Shown: positions 24,076-36,757 of the stretch, piece by piece | Position numbering within the stretch: the stretch's first letter is position 1 | How the letters are laid out: the number at the start of each line of letters is the position of its first letter | From: Scenedesmus sp. PABB004 | Lineage: Eukaryota | Assembly (NCBI GenBank): GCA_014905635.1 | Contig: JABVCE010000002.1 | Location: 2,542,001-2,606,000, forward strand | Direction of reading: 5' to 3' | DNA length: 64,000 nucleotides | The notes under the pieces: generated by a model | The model's database searches: none | Told to the model about the DNA's origin: nothing | Seen by the model: only the letters and a program-made list of their open reading frames with translations | Program-made: the position numbers and the translations under genes

Positions 24076-24112
24076 GGGGGCGCGGCTGCGCGCGGTCGTG
24101 GCGGCCACGTAG
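23230..24112 (+). CDS. Zn-dependent nucleotide deaminase-fold protein (CAE...PCxxC), similar to small phycodnavirus deaminase-like proteins; 5' structure uncertain
   Basis: Splicing 23376 to 23680 gives SSHRCCAERSLL...HWVRRKAGGELTVWR..DGSLGCSVPCVLCR...PASKPTSGQ, followed by a polyQ tail. Confidence 0.7.
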
Positions 24113-24532
24113 CTAGCGAGGGGCGGGGGCGGCCGGCGGGGGATGTCTGGTGCACCACGTGTGCATGCTCTCGTGGGCGGAGCTGCGCCGCCGCGGCGGG
24201 CGGCCGGCTCCGCTCCTGTGTACATTCAATTGCTGTACGACCAGCGCCCGGGCTGTGTGCGCATTTGCACCCGGGGAGTAAGAGCGCTGCGCCGGCGGGC
24301 GTCGCGCAGCTCGCCCGAAGCTTGAACCCCGTGCGCACGCGCGCCGCCCGACACCGCAAGCTGGTACCTGGCCGCCCACAGGCCCGCGCTGCGCCGCCCT
24401 CGCCGCGCCCTGGCCCTGGCCTGCCGCCGCTCCGCAAGAGCGGTGCCGCCGCTCGCCACGCCCTCCCCACAGACCGCCGCGCCGGCCGCAGCTCGCTCCC
24501 AGGCACCCGGACCAGCTCGGTGTGTGTGTGCC

Positions 24533-25735
24533 ATGGCGCAGCGGCTGCAGTGCGCGGGCCGCTCCTCGCGGCCGGCCACGTCCTCATCGCGCAGCAGCAG
24601 GCCTGGTCGCGCCTGTGCCGTGCGCGTCGCGGCGGCCCAGCGGCAGCAGCCTCAGGGCCCCGCCGAGGACATCCTGCGCAGGGCGGGCGCGGCTGCCCTG
24701 GCGCTGAGCATGCTGGCGGGTGAGTGGCCGAAGCGGCGCGGATGCCCGCGGCAGGCGAATTGGCTCGCTCAGGGCCCGAGCAGGCTCACGCGTGCGACGC
24801 AGCAGCAGCGCGCGGCCGCCGGGCGCGGGGCGCCGCCGAGCGCGCGGCCGCGCCGCCGCCGCTGCCGCCGCCGGCCAGGCGGCGCGCAGGCGGCGCGCCC
24901 CGAGGGCGTCAACCGCCCCGAGCTGCTGCCCAAGGAGGGCACGCCCGTGATCGACGTCGCCGGCTTCCTCGCGCCCTCGGAGGAGAAGCGCATCCGCAGC
25001 ACGGTCGAGTCGCTCGAGCGCGACACGGGCTTCAAGCTGCGCGTGCTCGCCCAAAACTACCCCGAGACGCCGGGTGCGCCGTACACTGCCCCGCCCCCGC
25101 CCCCGCCCCCGTCGCGCCCCCGTCGCGCCCCCGCCGCGCCGCCGCCACGCCGCCGCCGCGCCGCCGCCGCTGCGGGCCGCCGTGCCACGCGCCGCGCGCC
25201 GCCAGGCCTCGCGATCCGTGAGTTTTGGGGCGTCGACGACTCGACCGTCGTGTTTGTGGCTGACCCGAGCTTTGGGGACATCCTGAACTTCAACGTCGGC
25301 CAGGCGGTCGACCTGGAGGTGCCGCAGGTGCGCACCGCGGCCGCGGCGCGCCCGGGGCGGGGCGTCCGGGGGCGGGCCGCGGGCGGGGCGGCGCGCCAAC
25401 GCGTGCGCCGCGGTCCGCCCCGCACCGCGCAGAGCTTCTGGGGCCGGCTGGCGGGCAAGTACGGCAACAAGTTCTTCTGGCAGGAGAAGGGCGAGGCGGC
25501 GGCGATCATGAACGCGGTGCGGCGGAAGCAGCGGCGCCCTGGGGGGGGGGGGGGGGGAAGCAGGCGGCGCGGCCGCCCAGCGGCTGTGGCCAGCGCGCGG
25601 CGCACGCGAGCGCGCGCGAGCCGATGCGGCGCGACGCGCGCGCGCGGCCCGCAGGTCAGCGCGGTGGACACCTGCCTGCGCGAGCCGTCGGGCCGCGCCA
25701 AGTGCGCGACGGTGCAGGGCGGCTTCGACGACTGA
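24533..25735 (+). CDS. Thylakoid lumenal 15 kDa protein 2-like (TPM-domain)
   Basis: ARPEGVNRPELLPKE...VIDVAGFL...LERDTGFKLRVLAQNYPETPGLAI...SFWGRLAGKYGN...CLREP. Bipartite presequence RR...hydrophobic...AQA. Confidence 0.92.
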   Translation: MAQRLQCAGRSSRPATSSSRSSRPGRACAVRVAAAQRQQPQGPAEDILRRAGAAALALSMLAGEWPKRRGCPRQANWLAQGPSRLTRATQQQRAAAGRGAPPSARPRRRRCRRRPGGAQAARPEGVNRPELLPKEGTPVIDVAGFLAPSEEKRIRSTVESLERDTGFKLRVLAQNYPETPGAPYTAPPPPPPPSRPRRAPAAPPPRRRRAAAAAGRRATRRAPPGLAIREFWGVDDSTVVFVADPSFGDILNFNVGQAVDLEVPQVRTAAAARPGRGVRGRAAGGAARQRVRRGPPRTAQSFWGRLAGKYGNKFFWQEKGEAAAIMNAVRRKQRRPGGGGGGSRRRGRPAAVASARRTRARASRCGATRARGPQVSAVDTCLREPSGRAKCATVQGGFDD

Positions 25736-25880
25736 CCCTCGGACGCTGCCGCGGCGGGGCGCTGCGCGGCGCGGATGCGCGGCGCGGAGCGGCGCGCGCG
25801 CCCGCCGCGGCCGCTGGTGCGCGCCGGCGGGGCGTGTAAGCAGGGCGCCGCTGTTTGTTGCCTCTCCGCCCGCGCCGCCG

Positions 25881-28800
25881 TCAGCGCGCGCCGCCCGCCT
25901 CGGCCGCCGCCGCCTCGGCCGCGAGCAGCTGCTGCACCAGGCCCATCACCGCCATGGCCTCGCGCCCGAGCAGGCCGTGCCCCTTGCCGCCGGCGCCGCC
26001 GCTGGCCGCCACGGTCGCGGTGAGCACGCGGTCGAGCGCGCCGCGCAGGCGCTTGATGAGCACCGCGGTCGCCGCGGGCGCGCGGACCTGCAGCCAGCCG
26101 TCCACGAGCACCGTGCCGGCCTCGTGCTGCACGCGGATCGCGCCGCCGAGCAGCAGCAGCATGAGCGGGCTCGCGACCGACACCTCGCGCAGGAACACCT
26201 GCACGCGCGCGGCGGGACGGAGGGGCAGAGCCTCAGGCCCCGGCGGCTGCACGCCGCGCGTGCCGGGCGCGGCGGCGCCGGCCCGCCCGCCGCCCGCCCC
26301 GTCGCCGCCCGCCGCCCGCCCCGTCGCCGCCCGCCCGCCCGCTGCGCTGGCGCGCGCGCGTGCACGCGCGTGCGCCGCCGCCGCTCACGCGCGTGGTCTT
26401 GGTCTTCTCGAGGAACACCACGTGCGGCTGCTGCAGCTGCGCCGTCGTGAGCTCGGCGAGCACGCTGCCGGGGTGCAGGAACACCTGCTGCCCGCGCGCG
26501 TCGAGCCAGCCCGGCCGGCTTGCCGCGCTGCCGGCCCCGACCATGACGGCGACGTGCGGCGCGAGCGCGGCGACGAGCGCGCCCTTGATGACCTCGGGCC
26601 GCCCCGCAAAGCGGTTGGCGGGGTGACTCGGGTCGTCCGCCCAGCACGCCCACTTGCCCGCGCCGCGGCCGCGCGCCGCGCCGGCGCCGCCGTAGACCGC
26701 CGACGCCGCGCCGGCCGCGTGCGGCGGCAGCAGGTGCGCCTCCTGCAGCAGCGCGGCAAACTGGCGGCGCAGCTCCTGCATGCCCTCCAGCACGGTGGTG
26801 GACAGGAAGTGCCGCCGCGCGACCTGCCAGGGCGGCGCGGGGCGGGGCGCAGCGGTCGGGCAGCGGGCGCGGGGCGGGGCGCAGACGCCGGTGGCGGCGC
26901 GGCCGCGCGCCCCCGCCGCCGCCGCCGCCGCACCTGCGCCGCCGCGCGGTCGCCGCCCGACGCGCCGGTGAGGCGCCACAGCTCAAACGCCGCGACCAGC
27001 AGCAGGTGGTCGCTCTGCTGCCCCGCCGCGAGCGTCGCCGCGGCGGCGGCCGCCGCGGGCACGCCGCCCGCGCCCTCGGCGGCGCCGCCGGCGTCGACGG
27101 CCGCCGTCGGCGTCGCGAGCGCGCGGCGCACGCGCTCCAGCTCGTCCTGCTTCTCCAGCGGCGCAGAGAAGGGAGACTTGTTGCTGAACGCGGCCGCGAT
27201 GGTCTGCGCGTGCGTGCAGCGGCGGCGGGCGGGGCGCGGCGGCGCGGCGGCGCGGGACGCGGTCGGCGCGGGGCCGCAGCGGTGCCGCTACCCCGCCGCG
27301 CCGCAGCGGTGCATCTCCCCCGCCGCGCGGCAGCGGCGCCGCACCAGCGCGGGCGCGAGGCAGCCCAGCGCCGCGCCCATGACCAGTAGCTTGCCGAGGC
27401 GCGGCTCCAGCGGCAGCACCGCCAGCAGCCGCCCGAGCGGCGTCAGCACCTCCTGCCCAGGCTCGCGCGCCGGCGCCGCGCCGGCGTCCCAGCCGTGCGG
27501 CTGCGCCGCGCCGGCGCCGGGGTCGTCGCCGCCGCCGCCGGGCTCGCCGCCGCCGCCGGGCTGCGCGCCGTCCGCGCCGACGATGGTGATCGCGCCGACC
27601 TCCTGCAGGCCCGCCAGCGCCGCCTCGACCGCCTTTGGCGGCGGCGGCTGGATGAGGCTGGGCAGGAAGGACGCTGCGGGGCCGAGGCCCAGCAGGTGGA
27701 TCTGCACGCGGCGCGGCGCACGCGACGGGGCGCTCGGCGGGGGCGCGCAACGCCGCCAGCGTCGCGCGGCGAGCGCCCCGTGGGCGCGGGCGCGCGCGCG
27801 GCCTCACCTGCAGCACCAGCTCCTCCAGCGGCACGCGCGCCACCTCGGGCACGGCGTACTGGCGCAGGCTCTCCTCGAAGCGCGCGCGCGTGTAGCAGCA
27901 GAGGCAGGTGCCCGCGCGCACGCGCCCCGCGCGGCCGCGCCGCTGCAGGGCCGCCGCGCGGCTGACCCAGTCCTCCACCAGCAGCGACATGCTGCGGCGG
28001 GAGGACGCGGGCCGGGAGCGTCGGCGGCGCCGCGGCCGGGGCGGCGCCGCGCGCGCTGTGCGTGCCACGCGCCATGCCGCTGTGCGCGCTGCGCGGGCCG
28101 CCGCGCGCGCACCGCTTGTGCGGGTCGAAGCGGCGCTCCTTGTGCCGCCCGCTGTCGATGACCAGCACGCAGTCCTCGATCGTCACGCTCGTCTCGGCGA
28201 TGTTTGTCGCGAGGACCACCTTGCGCACGCAGCGCGGCGGCACGCGGAACGCGGCCGCCTGCTGCGCCGTGCTGACCGCGCTGTGCAGCGGCAGCAGCCA
28301 GTGCGCGCCGCCCGCGAAGCGCCGCGCCGCGGAGAGGCGCTCGAGCAGGGCGCTGATCTCGCCGATGCCGGGCAGGAACACCAGGATCGCGCCCGGCGGC
28401 GTCTCCTCGTCCGCCCAGGCCACAAGCTCCTCGAGCAGGTCCAGGTCGAGCGCGCCCTCGTTCAGGCGCGCCAGGTTGCGCCGCACGTTGGCCGGGTACT
28501 CCTGCAGCGGGGGTGGGGTTGAGGTTTAGGGGTTGAGGTTTAGGGTTGAGGTCGAGGCGCGCGCCGGCGGCGGCGCGGCACGTCGTCGGCACGGGCCTGG
28601 CCACGGCGCGGAGGCGCGGGCTCCTGCGGGCCGCGGCTGCCGCGCTGCTGTCCCACGCGCCGCACCGTGTATCGGTCGGGGTCGTAGTGTGGGTTGAGCG
28701 GCCCGCCGCCCTCCTCGTCGCCCCACCCCGCCGCCATGAGCGCGGCCTTGCCCGCGCTGCCGCGCGCCGAGGCCTTGCGCGCCGCCGCCGCGGCCGCCGC

Positions 28801-31606
28801 GCCGGCGCGGCCGGGGCGCAGCGCGGCGCGCGCGTCGGGCGCGAGGACGTAGCGCGTGGCGGCATACACGTCCTCCAGGTACTGCACCTCCACCGGGAAG
28901 GTGCGCCCGGGGCAGGCCAGCACGGGCGCGCCCCAGAAGTAGGCCGAGTACGCGCCCGCGTCGAGCGTGGCGGACATGAGCAGCACCTTGAGCCGCGGCG
29001 CGGCCGGCGCGGCGGCGGCGGCGCCGGCGCCGGCGCGCCGCGCGGCGGCGTCGGCCGCGTCGTCGGCGGCGTTGCGCGCGGCCGCGATGCGGCGCAGGAG
29101 CGCCATGAGCACATCGCCCTGAAGGGGCGGGTGGGTGTGGGTGTGAGTGTGTGGGTGTGAGGGGTGTGTGTGTGGGGGGGGGGGGGGATGGCGGCAAGGT
29201 GGGCAGGGCGGCGGGGCGTGCAGGGCGCGAGAGAGGCGGGGGAGCGTGGACGGGAGCGCCAGCGGCGCAGGGGCTGGCGGCGCGCCGGGGGCCGCGCCTG
29301 CAGGCTGCGCTCGTGGACCTCGTCCACGACGACGTGGCTCACGCCGCGCAGCAGCGGGTCCGACGCGAGCCTGCGCGGCACGAGGCGGCGGCGGCGGCGG
29401 CGGCAGCGTCAGCGTCAGCGGTGCGCGGGGCGGCGGCCGGCGCGGCCGCGTGCAGGCCGGCGGCGCGCCGCGCACCGGCGCAGCAGGATGCCGGTGGTGC
29501 AGAACAGCAGCCGCGTGTCGGCGCCGCACGCGGCATCGAGGCGCACGTGGTACCCAACGGCGCTGCCCGGCGCGCCCGGCCCGCCTGAGGCGCCCGCGGC
29601 GGCGCGGCGCGGCGCGGCACGTCAGAATAAGGCAAGCCGCGGGAGCACGCGTGCGTGGGGCCGGTGGGCCGGCGCGTGTCCAGCGCGGCACGCGGAGGGG
29701 CGCGCGGCGCGGCGCGGCGCGCACCGGCCTCGCCGCGCTCGACTGCGACGCGCTCGGCGACGCTGATGGCGGCGATGCGGCGCGGCTGGGTGACGATGAC
29801 GTTGCACGACGCGCCCTGCCCCGCCAGCGCGGCGGCCTCGAGCAGGAACTGGGGCACCTGGCGGCGGCGGCGCGGCCGGTGCGCGAGCGCGGGCGGCGGG
29901 CGGCAGTCGGGCGCGCGCCGCGGGCGCGGCGCGGGCGGCGCGCGCGGCGGCGGCCCGCGCGGCGCGCGCGCCTGCGTGGTCTTGCCGCTGCCCGTCTCGC
30001 CGCCGACCACGACGGCGTCGCTGCTCGCGAGCGCCTCCTCCAGCTGGCCGCGCAGGCCCGCCATCGGCAGCCGCCCCCGCGTCTCCTGCATGGCCCGGCC
30101 CTCGGGGCTGGACCGCCTGGCTCGGCGGCGACGGAGGCGGCGGCAGCGGCGGCGGCGGAGGCGGCGGCAGCGGCGGCGGCAGAGGCCGGTGAGACAGCAG
30201 CAGCCGCGCCGACGGGCACAGCCGGCGGCAGGCGAGGGCGGCGCCGGCGGCGCACCAGGCCAGGAGCTCCCGCCGCATGCGCTCGCTCCTGCGCGCCGCC
30301 GCCGCCGCCGCGGCCGCCGCCTCGCGCTGCGCAGCCTGCGCGGCCTGCGCCGCCTGCGCCTGCTCCGCCTGCGACGCCGCAGCGGCGGCCGCTGCGGCGG
30401 CCGCCAGGTCGCCGGCCGCGTCCTCCTCATCGTCGTCGAGCCCAGCTGCCAGCAGCCACTCCTCAGCCTCCTCGCCGTGCGTGACGAGCTCGCCCTCGCC
30501 CTCGCCCTCGGCCGCCTCGCTGCCGGAGCCCTCGTCCGCAGCGTCGGCCGCGCCGCCGCCCTCCGCGGCGGCGGCCGCCGCCGCGTCGCCGGCGCGCGCG
30601 CCGGCGTCCCGCGCCGGCGCGTCTGCAAACGCCGCGTCGGCCGCCCCGCCGCCCGCGTCGCCCGCCGCAGCGTCCGCCCGCTCCTGCTCCTCCTGCCTGC
30701 GCTGCTGCTCCTGCTCGTCGGTCAGCAGGGACCTGCACGGGCGCCGCCGCGGCGCGGCGTCAGCGACCCACCTCCCGCAGCGGCGCGGCACCTGTGCACG
30801 CGGCGGCGGCGGCGGCGCGCGACCGCACCTCAAAAACTCGTCCCGCTGCTGCTCCTGCTCCGCCGCCAGCAGCTCCTCCACGCCCGCGGCGCCGCCCTCG
30901 CCGCCGCCGACCTCGGCCGCCCACCAGCGCTGCCAGAGGTCCGCCCACTCGGGCTCGAGCTGCACAAACACGGCCTGCATGGCCTCGCGCGCGGGTGCCG
31001 CGCCGCCGGCGCCGGCGCCGCCGCCGCCGCCGGTGACGGCCGCCTTGTGCAGCGCAAAGAGCGCGCGCGCGGCGGCCGCGTTCTGCGCGTCCTGCACCGC
31101 CGCCCAGCCGTCCTCGTCCGCAAACAGCTGGAAGGCGCGGGGGCCCGTCAGCGCGCCGCCGCGCTTGCTGGCGGGCTTGGGCGCGGCCCTGGCGCCGCCG
31201 GGCGGCGCGGGCGTGGGGGCGAGCACGACCCGATACCGGCAGGGGCCCCGCCCCGCCAGGCCGACGGCCGCCGCGGCCGCCTCAGCGCCGCCGGGCTGCA
31301 CGATGCGCTCGAAGCGCGGCGCCGCCCAGCCCGCGCGCTGGCAGTGCTGCTGCAGCAGCGCCTTGGGCGCGCGGCGCTCGACCGGCGGCGCCGCCGGCGC
31401 GGGGCGCGGCTTGCCCTTGCCGCGGGGCTTGGCGGCGGGCGCCTCGCCATACGCGCCCCACGGCGTGAAGGGCGCCGGCTGCTGCGCCGCGCCCCCGCCC
31501 AGCGCGGCGCCGGGCGCGCCGCCGCCGGCGTCGCCTGCGCGCGTCGGCGGGCAGGCACGGGGCGTGAGGGCGGGGCGACACGGGCGCGCGCTGCCGATCG
31601 CCGCCG

Positions 31607-31638
<32 letters not shown>

Positions 31639-33870
31639 GCGCCGCTCACCGCTGGCGTCATCGAATATGTCTGGCGGCTGCCACTCGTCCTCCGCCGCCG
31701 CGGTCTTGCTGCCGCCGTCGCCCGCGCTGCCAGAGGCGCCGCCCGGCGGCTCCGCCGACGCTGCTGCGCCGTCAGCCGCCGCGCCGTCATCGGGGGTGGG
31801 CGGCGCGCCAGCGGCATCGCCCAACTGCAGGCCCTCCAGCGCCTGCTGCACGTCTGCCCCTGGCTGCTCGTGCTGCTGCTGCTGCTGCTGCTCCTGCTGC
31901 TCCTGCTGTTCCTGCTGCTCCTGCTGCTCCTGTTCCTGCCCCTGCTGCTCCTGCAGCTGCTGCCGCTGCTCCTGCAGCTGCTCCGGCCGCTCGGCGGTCG
32001 CGGCGCCTGCCGCTGCAGGCGCACCGTTTGCCGCCCCGCTCGCCGCGCCGGCACCGGCCGGAGCCTCCTCCAGCGCGGCGGCCTCCCAGTCGTCCGCCAC
32101 CTCGCCGAGCGGCCGCAGCACGCCCGGCGCGGCGCCGGCTGCCGCCGCAGCCGCCGCGCCGCCACCGCCGCCGCTGCCGGCGCGCACGTCGGGCGCCCAG
32201 TCCTCCTCCTCCTCCTCCTCGCCGCCCGGCGCGGCCGCACCGCCCGCGTCGCGCTTCTTCTTGCCGCCGCCGCCGCCGTGCTTGGCCTCCTTGGCGCGCG
32301 CCTTCTTCTCCTTGTACTCCTTGACCTTGTCGACGCCCTTGTCCTTGGGCTTGTGCTTCTTCTTCGCCGCCGGCGCCTCCTCGCCGCCCGGCGCGGGCCC
32401 GCCGCCCGGCGCCGCGAGCGCCGCGAGCGCGGCCGCGAGCTTCTCCGCGTCGCGGGCCTTCTTCCTGCGCTTGCTCTCCTTGGCGCCGCCGGCGGCGGCC
32501 GCCGCGGCCGCCGCGGCCTCGGCGGCGGCGGCGCGCGCCGCGGCCTTGGCCGCCGCCTGCGCCTCCTGCTGCACGAGGTGCGCCGCGCTCGCGCTGCCGG
32601 CGAGGCCCATCGCCTCCAGCGCCGCCTCCTCGCTCAGGCCCGCGCTCTTCATCTCGCCCCGCACCGCGGCGATGAGCTGCCCCGCGTCGCGCTGCCGCGC
32701 GCGGTCGCCGGCGGCCTTGGCGGCCGCCGCCCACGCGCGCGCGCCCACAAACTCGGCCGCCAGCCTGGCGCGCTGCTGCTCCGGCAGCAGCGCGCCGCGC
32801 TCCGCGTGGCGGCGCTCAATCTCCCGCGGGTCGCCCCAGAGCTCCCAGTCCTCAATCGCCTGCGCGGGCGCGCGCGGGCGGAGCGCGCGACCACGCTTGG
32901 GCGGGCGGGCGCGCGGGCGCGCCGGCCGCGCCCGGCGCCCGCGGCGCGTACCTCGCTGTCCGGCTGCGCCGCCGCCTCGCGCGGCGGCTGCTGCTGCGAC
33001 TGCTGCTCCTGCCCGCCACCACCGTCGCCGCTGCCCGGCTCGGCGTCGCTGTCGCCATCGCTGGCCATGTACTGCTGCAGGATCCAGGCCTTGGCCGCGG
33101 CCTTCTCGTCGGCGGTCGGCTCGGCCGCCTCGCCTCCCGCCGCGCCGCCCGCCTCGCCGTCGGACGACGAAGCGTCGTCCCCGCTGCCGCCGCCGTCGCT
33201 GCTGCCGCCGTCGCCGGCGCCCGCGCCGCCCGCGCCCTCCGCGGCGCGCGCCACGACCTGCAGCAGGCGGCGGTGGGGGTCGGCGGCGCGCCGGCCGCGC
33301 CGCGCCGCAGCCCGCCGGCCGCGCCGCCGCCGCGCCGCGCCGCGCCGCAGCCCGCCGGCCGCGCCGCCGCCGCGCCGCGCCGCGCCTTGACGTCGCCCCC
33401 GCCGCCGCGGCCGCCGCCGGTGAAGCGGCGCGGCAGCGCGCTGGCGGGGAGGTTGAAGCAGAGCCAGTCCAGGCAGGCCTCCACGTCGGTGCCGCCGCGC
33501 GGCAGCGCCGCCAGCGCCGCCTGCACCTGCTCGCGCGTGAAGCCGTACTCGAGCAGCCGATCATACAGCGCCGCGTACGCGGCCTGCAGCGCCGCGCCGC
33601 CGCGCCCGCCGGCGCCCTGCGGCGGCGGCGGCGCCGCGCGCGCCGGCGGCGGCGCGAGCTCCTGCGGCGGCGGCGGCGGTGCGTCGGCGTGCGCGCCGGA
33701 GGGGCTGGCGGGCGTCGGCGATCCCGGGCGCCCACCTGCAGCAGCGCGCGGATGCGGGCCTCCGCGGCCGCCGAGAGCTCCACGTTCTGCTGCAGCTTCG
33801 CGCCCGCGTAGCCCTCCGCGCCGGCGGCGGCCGCCGCCTTGGCGGCGCGGGCGCGCTCCTTCGACGCCAT
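25881..33870 (-). CDS. DEAH/RHA RNA helicase, DHX29/DExH4-7-like, multi-exon
   Basis: [61 protein letters not shown]. Also HA2/OB-type C-terminus, N-terminal UBA-like [11 protein letters not shown] and dsRBD-like [10 protein letters not shown]. Confidence 0.92.
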
Positions 33871-34402
33871 GCCCCGCTGCACGCACGTGCGCCCGGCCCC
33901 CGGCCGAGCGACGCGCCGCTGCGGCGGCGCGCGGCGCAGCAGCAGCGGCGGCGGCCGGCGCGCAGCCTGGTGGTGCGGCGTGCCGCGGGATCTTCGCCGC
34001 CGCGTGGTGGCAGCGGCTGCAGCCTGCAGCGCTTGCGCGCATTGGCTGGCGACGGCGGACGCCGCCCCGCAAGACGCGCGCGATGCGGCAGCTCGCCGGG
34101 CAGACCCAACCGCGAAGGCCGAGGAAAAGCGTCCCCGAGCTGTGTGACTGACAGTGGACGCACACAGGTCATCTTCGTGGCGCGTCCGCGAGCTGGCGCG
34201 GCCCTGGGGCGCAGCCTTAAGGCGCGGCGGCGTCTGCGCGCGCCGCGCCACGGCCGGGCGGCCTGCGGCCTTCCCCTCCTGCTCAGAGTGCTGCAGTCAC
34301 TGACCTCCGCCGACGTGTCACGCCGCAGTGCCTTCGCGCGCCCGGCTCGCATCCCGGGTGCCGCCGCGTGAGAGGGGCGTGGCGCCGCCGCCCGGCGCCG
34401 CC

Positions 34403-36757
34403 ATGGTCTCCATCAAGCTCGAAGACGGGTCCCTGGAGCAGCCTATGGCTTACGGCCACGCTCTGGCCGCCGGCGGCGGCGCGGCGGGTGCGGCGGCGAG
34501 CAGCGCGCGTGCGCCGCTGGCCGCGCCTGGCCGGCGCCGGCCAGCGCCGCCGCGGCCGCGCCACTGCGCCGGGCAGCTCCCACGCCTCACGCCCGAGCTC
34601 CCGCCGCCACGCACAGGCGGTCATGGCAGCCCGGAGCGCCGTAAGCGCCCCGCGGACGCCGCGCCCGGCGACTGGGCGGCGCCGTGGCAGGGCGGGCAGC
34701 TGGCCGCCACCGACTACGCGGGCCACTACTGGCCCGCATACGCGCCCGGCAGCGATGCCGGCTGGCCGCTGACGCCGGCGCCCCAGGGCTTCACGCCCGA
34801 CGCGGCGTGGGGCGCGTCGCCGCCGCCCGGCAAGCGGCCCGCGCGCGCGACGGCGGGCAAGCACAGCCGGCGCGGCGACGGCGACGACGGCGAGCTGTGC
34901 GCGCCCAGCCCGCCGCCCAAGCCCCGGCCCAAGTCCGCGCCCGGCGGCGGCCCGCCCGCCGGCGCGCCGGGCGGCGCGCGCGGCAACCGCGCGTCGTGCA
35001 CCAGGTGGGCGCGAGCGCGCACGGCGCGGCGCGCCTCCGCCGCCTGCTGCCGCCGCGCCGCCGACGCCGGGCCGCGCGCGCCGGGGCCCGCCCCCGCCGC
35101 CGCGCAGCCAGTACAAGGGCGTGTGCTGGAACCGCAAGAACATGCGCTGGCAGACGGCCATCAACGTCGCGGGGCGGTGCGCGCCGCGCGCCGACCGCTC
35201 ACACCGCCCGCGGCCCCCCGCTCGCACCGCCCTCGCACCGCCCGCTCAGCCTGGCCTGGGCCTCGTCCGCTGCGCATCACGCGCAGGTACCTCTACCTTG
35301 GCTCCTACAACGAAGAGGCCGAGGCGGCGCGCGCGTACGACCGCGCGGCGCTCAAGATCCGCGGCCCCGACACGCACCTCAACTTTGACGCCGCCGGGTA
35401 CGTCGGCCCCGACGGCGAGGTCCTGCTGGACGACCACACCGCCGCGCTCATCCTCAAGCACTGGGGCCCCACCACCACGCGCGCCGCGCACCGGCGCCCG
35501 CCGCCCGGCAAGCCGAGCGGCAGGCAGTCGGCGCCGCCCGGCGCGTACGCGGGCGCGGCCCGCGCCGCGACGCCGCACCCGGCCAGCCCCAGCCTGGGCG
35601 GGCTCGAGCGCCCGTCGCCGGCGATGCTGGCGGCGCAGCCGCTCGAGCTCGGCGCCAGCATGTTTGCCGCCGCCGGCGGCGGCGCGGGCGCCGCCCTGGA
35701 CGCCGCGGCGGCCACGGCGGCGCAGCCCCAGCACACGTCATTTGCCGCGGCCGCGGCGGCGCTCGGCCTCGGCCTCGGCCTGCAGAGCATGCCCTGGGCC
35801 CTGCCAGACTATGAGGTGCGGGGTCGCGCGCCTCGCTCGAGTGCGTGCGCGCGCGCGCGCGCACAAAGCCCTGCCGCTCTCACGTCGGCCCGCACGACCC
35901 GCGCTGCCCCGCAGCCCCGCGCCGCGGCGCCCCGCGCGCACTCGGCCGGCGCGCAGCTGCCGCCGCTCGCGGCCGCGCCGCTGGGCGTGGAGCCGGCCGA
36001 GCCTGGCCAGGCGCCAGCCCTCGGCCTCGGCGTCGGCCAGGGCCTGAGCCTCGGCGGGAGCCTGGACTGGGTGTCAGAAGAGGAGGCGCTGCGGCTGCTC
36101 GAGGACGGCCCGCTCGATGGCGAGCTCACGCCGCACGTGCCGCCGTTCCGCCCGACCGACCAGGCGCCCGGCTGGCTGCTCCAGGGCGCCGGCCTCGGCC
36201 TAGGCCAGGCTGGCGGCGCGCACGACTGGTCGGCGGCCGCGCCGGCGGCCCAGGCCGGCTGGCTGCCGGCCGGCGACCCGGCGTTCGCGCGGCTGCAGGC
36301 CGCGCACGGCGCGGCGCCCAGCCCGGCCAGCGACGCCAGCGCGGCGTGGGCGCAGCACGCGGGCGCCGCGCCTCCGGCGGCCAGCCCGAGCCCCAGCCCG
36401 ACCCGGGAGCGCTCCGCGCCACGCAGCGGCGGCAGCGCTGCCGCCGCCGCTAGCGGCGGCGGCTCCGGCGGGGCGCCGGTGCACGTGGACCTGCGGGAGG
36501 TGATGCGGCGCCTGCCGGACGGCTGCACGCTGGAGCAGCTCGTGGTGGGCGGCGGCGGCCAGGTCGGCGCGCTGTACCGCGCGGCCGAGGCTCCCGGCGG
36601 CGCGGCGGCAGGGCCCTGGGCGGCGGCGCTGTGGGACGGCGCGGCCTGGCGTGCCTGGGGCGACCACGCGACCGCCGCCGACGCGCGCGCGGCGTGCGCG
36701 GCGGCGATGGCGGGCGCGGCGGCGGCGGAGAGTGACGCCGACTGCAGCAGCGGCTGA
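34403..36757 (+). CDS. AP2/ERF-domain transcription factor
   Basis: Spliced domain SQYKGVCWNRKNMRWQTAINVAGRYLYLGSYNEEAEAARAYDRAALKIRGPDTHLNF. Confidence 0.9.
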   Translation: MVSIKLEDGSLEQPMAYGHALAAGGGAAGAAASSARAPLAAPGRRRPAPPRPRHCAGQLPRLTPELPPPRTGGHGSPERRKRPADAAPGDWAAPWQGGQLAATDYAGHYWPAYAPGSDAGWPLTPAPQGFTPDAAWGASPPPGKRPARATAGKHSRRGDGDDGELCAPSPPPKPRPKSAPGGGPPAGAPGGARGNRASCTRWARARTARRASAACCRRAADAGPRAPGPAPAAAQPVQGRVLEPQEHALADGHQRRGAVRAARRPLTPPAAPRSHRPRTARSAWPGPRPLRITRRYLYLGSYNEEAEAARAYDRAALKIRGPDTHLNFDAAGYVGPDGEVLLDDHTAALILKHWGPTTTRAAHRRPPPGKPSGRQSAPPGAYAGAARAATPHPASPSLGGLERPSPAMLAAQPLELGASMFAAAGGGAGAALDAAAATAAQPQHTSFAAAAAALGLGLGLQSMPWALPDYEVRGRAPRSSACARARAQSPAALTSARTTRAAPQPRAAAPRAHSAGAQLPPLAAAPLGVEPAEPGQAPALGLGVGQGLSLGGSLDWVSEEEALRLLEDGPLDGELTPHVPPFRPTDQAPGWLLQGAGLGLGQAGGAHDWSAAAPAAQAGWLPAGDPAFARLQAAHGAAPSPASDASAAWAQHAGAAPPAASPSPSPTRERSAPRSGGSAAAAASGGGSGGAPVHVDLREVMRRLPDGCTLEQLVVGGGGQVGALYRAAEAPGGAAAGPWAAALWDGAAWRAWGDHATAADARAACAAAMAGAAAAESDADCSSG

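Noticed and set aside
25855..33811. Very long + strand ORFs (up to 1037 aa)
   Set aside because: Antisense shadows of the helicase; stop codons are rare at this GC content and the translations are low-complexity.
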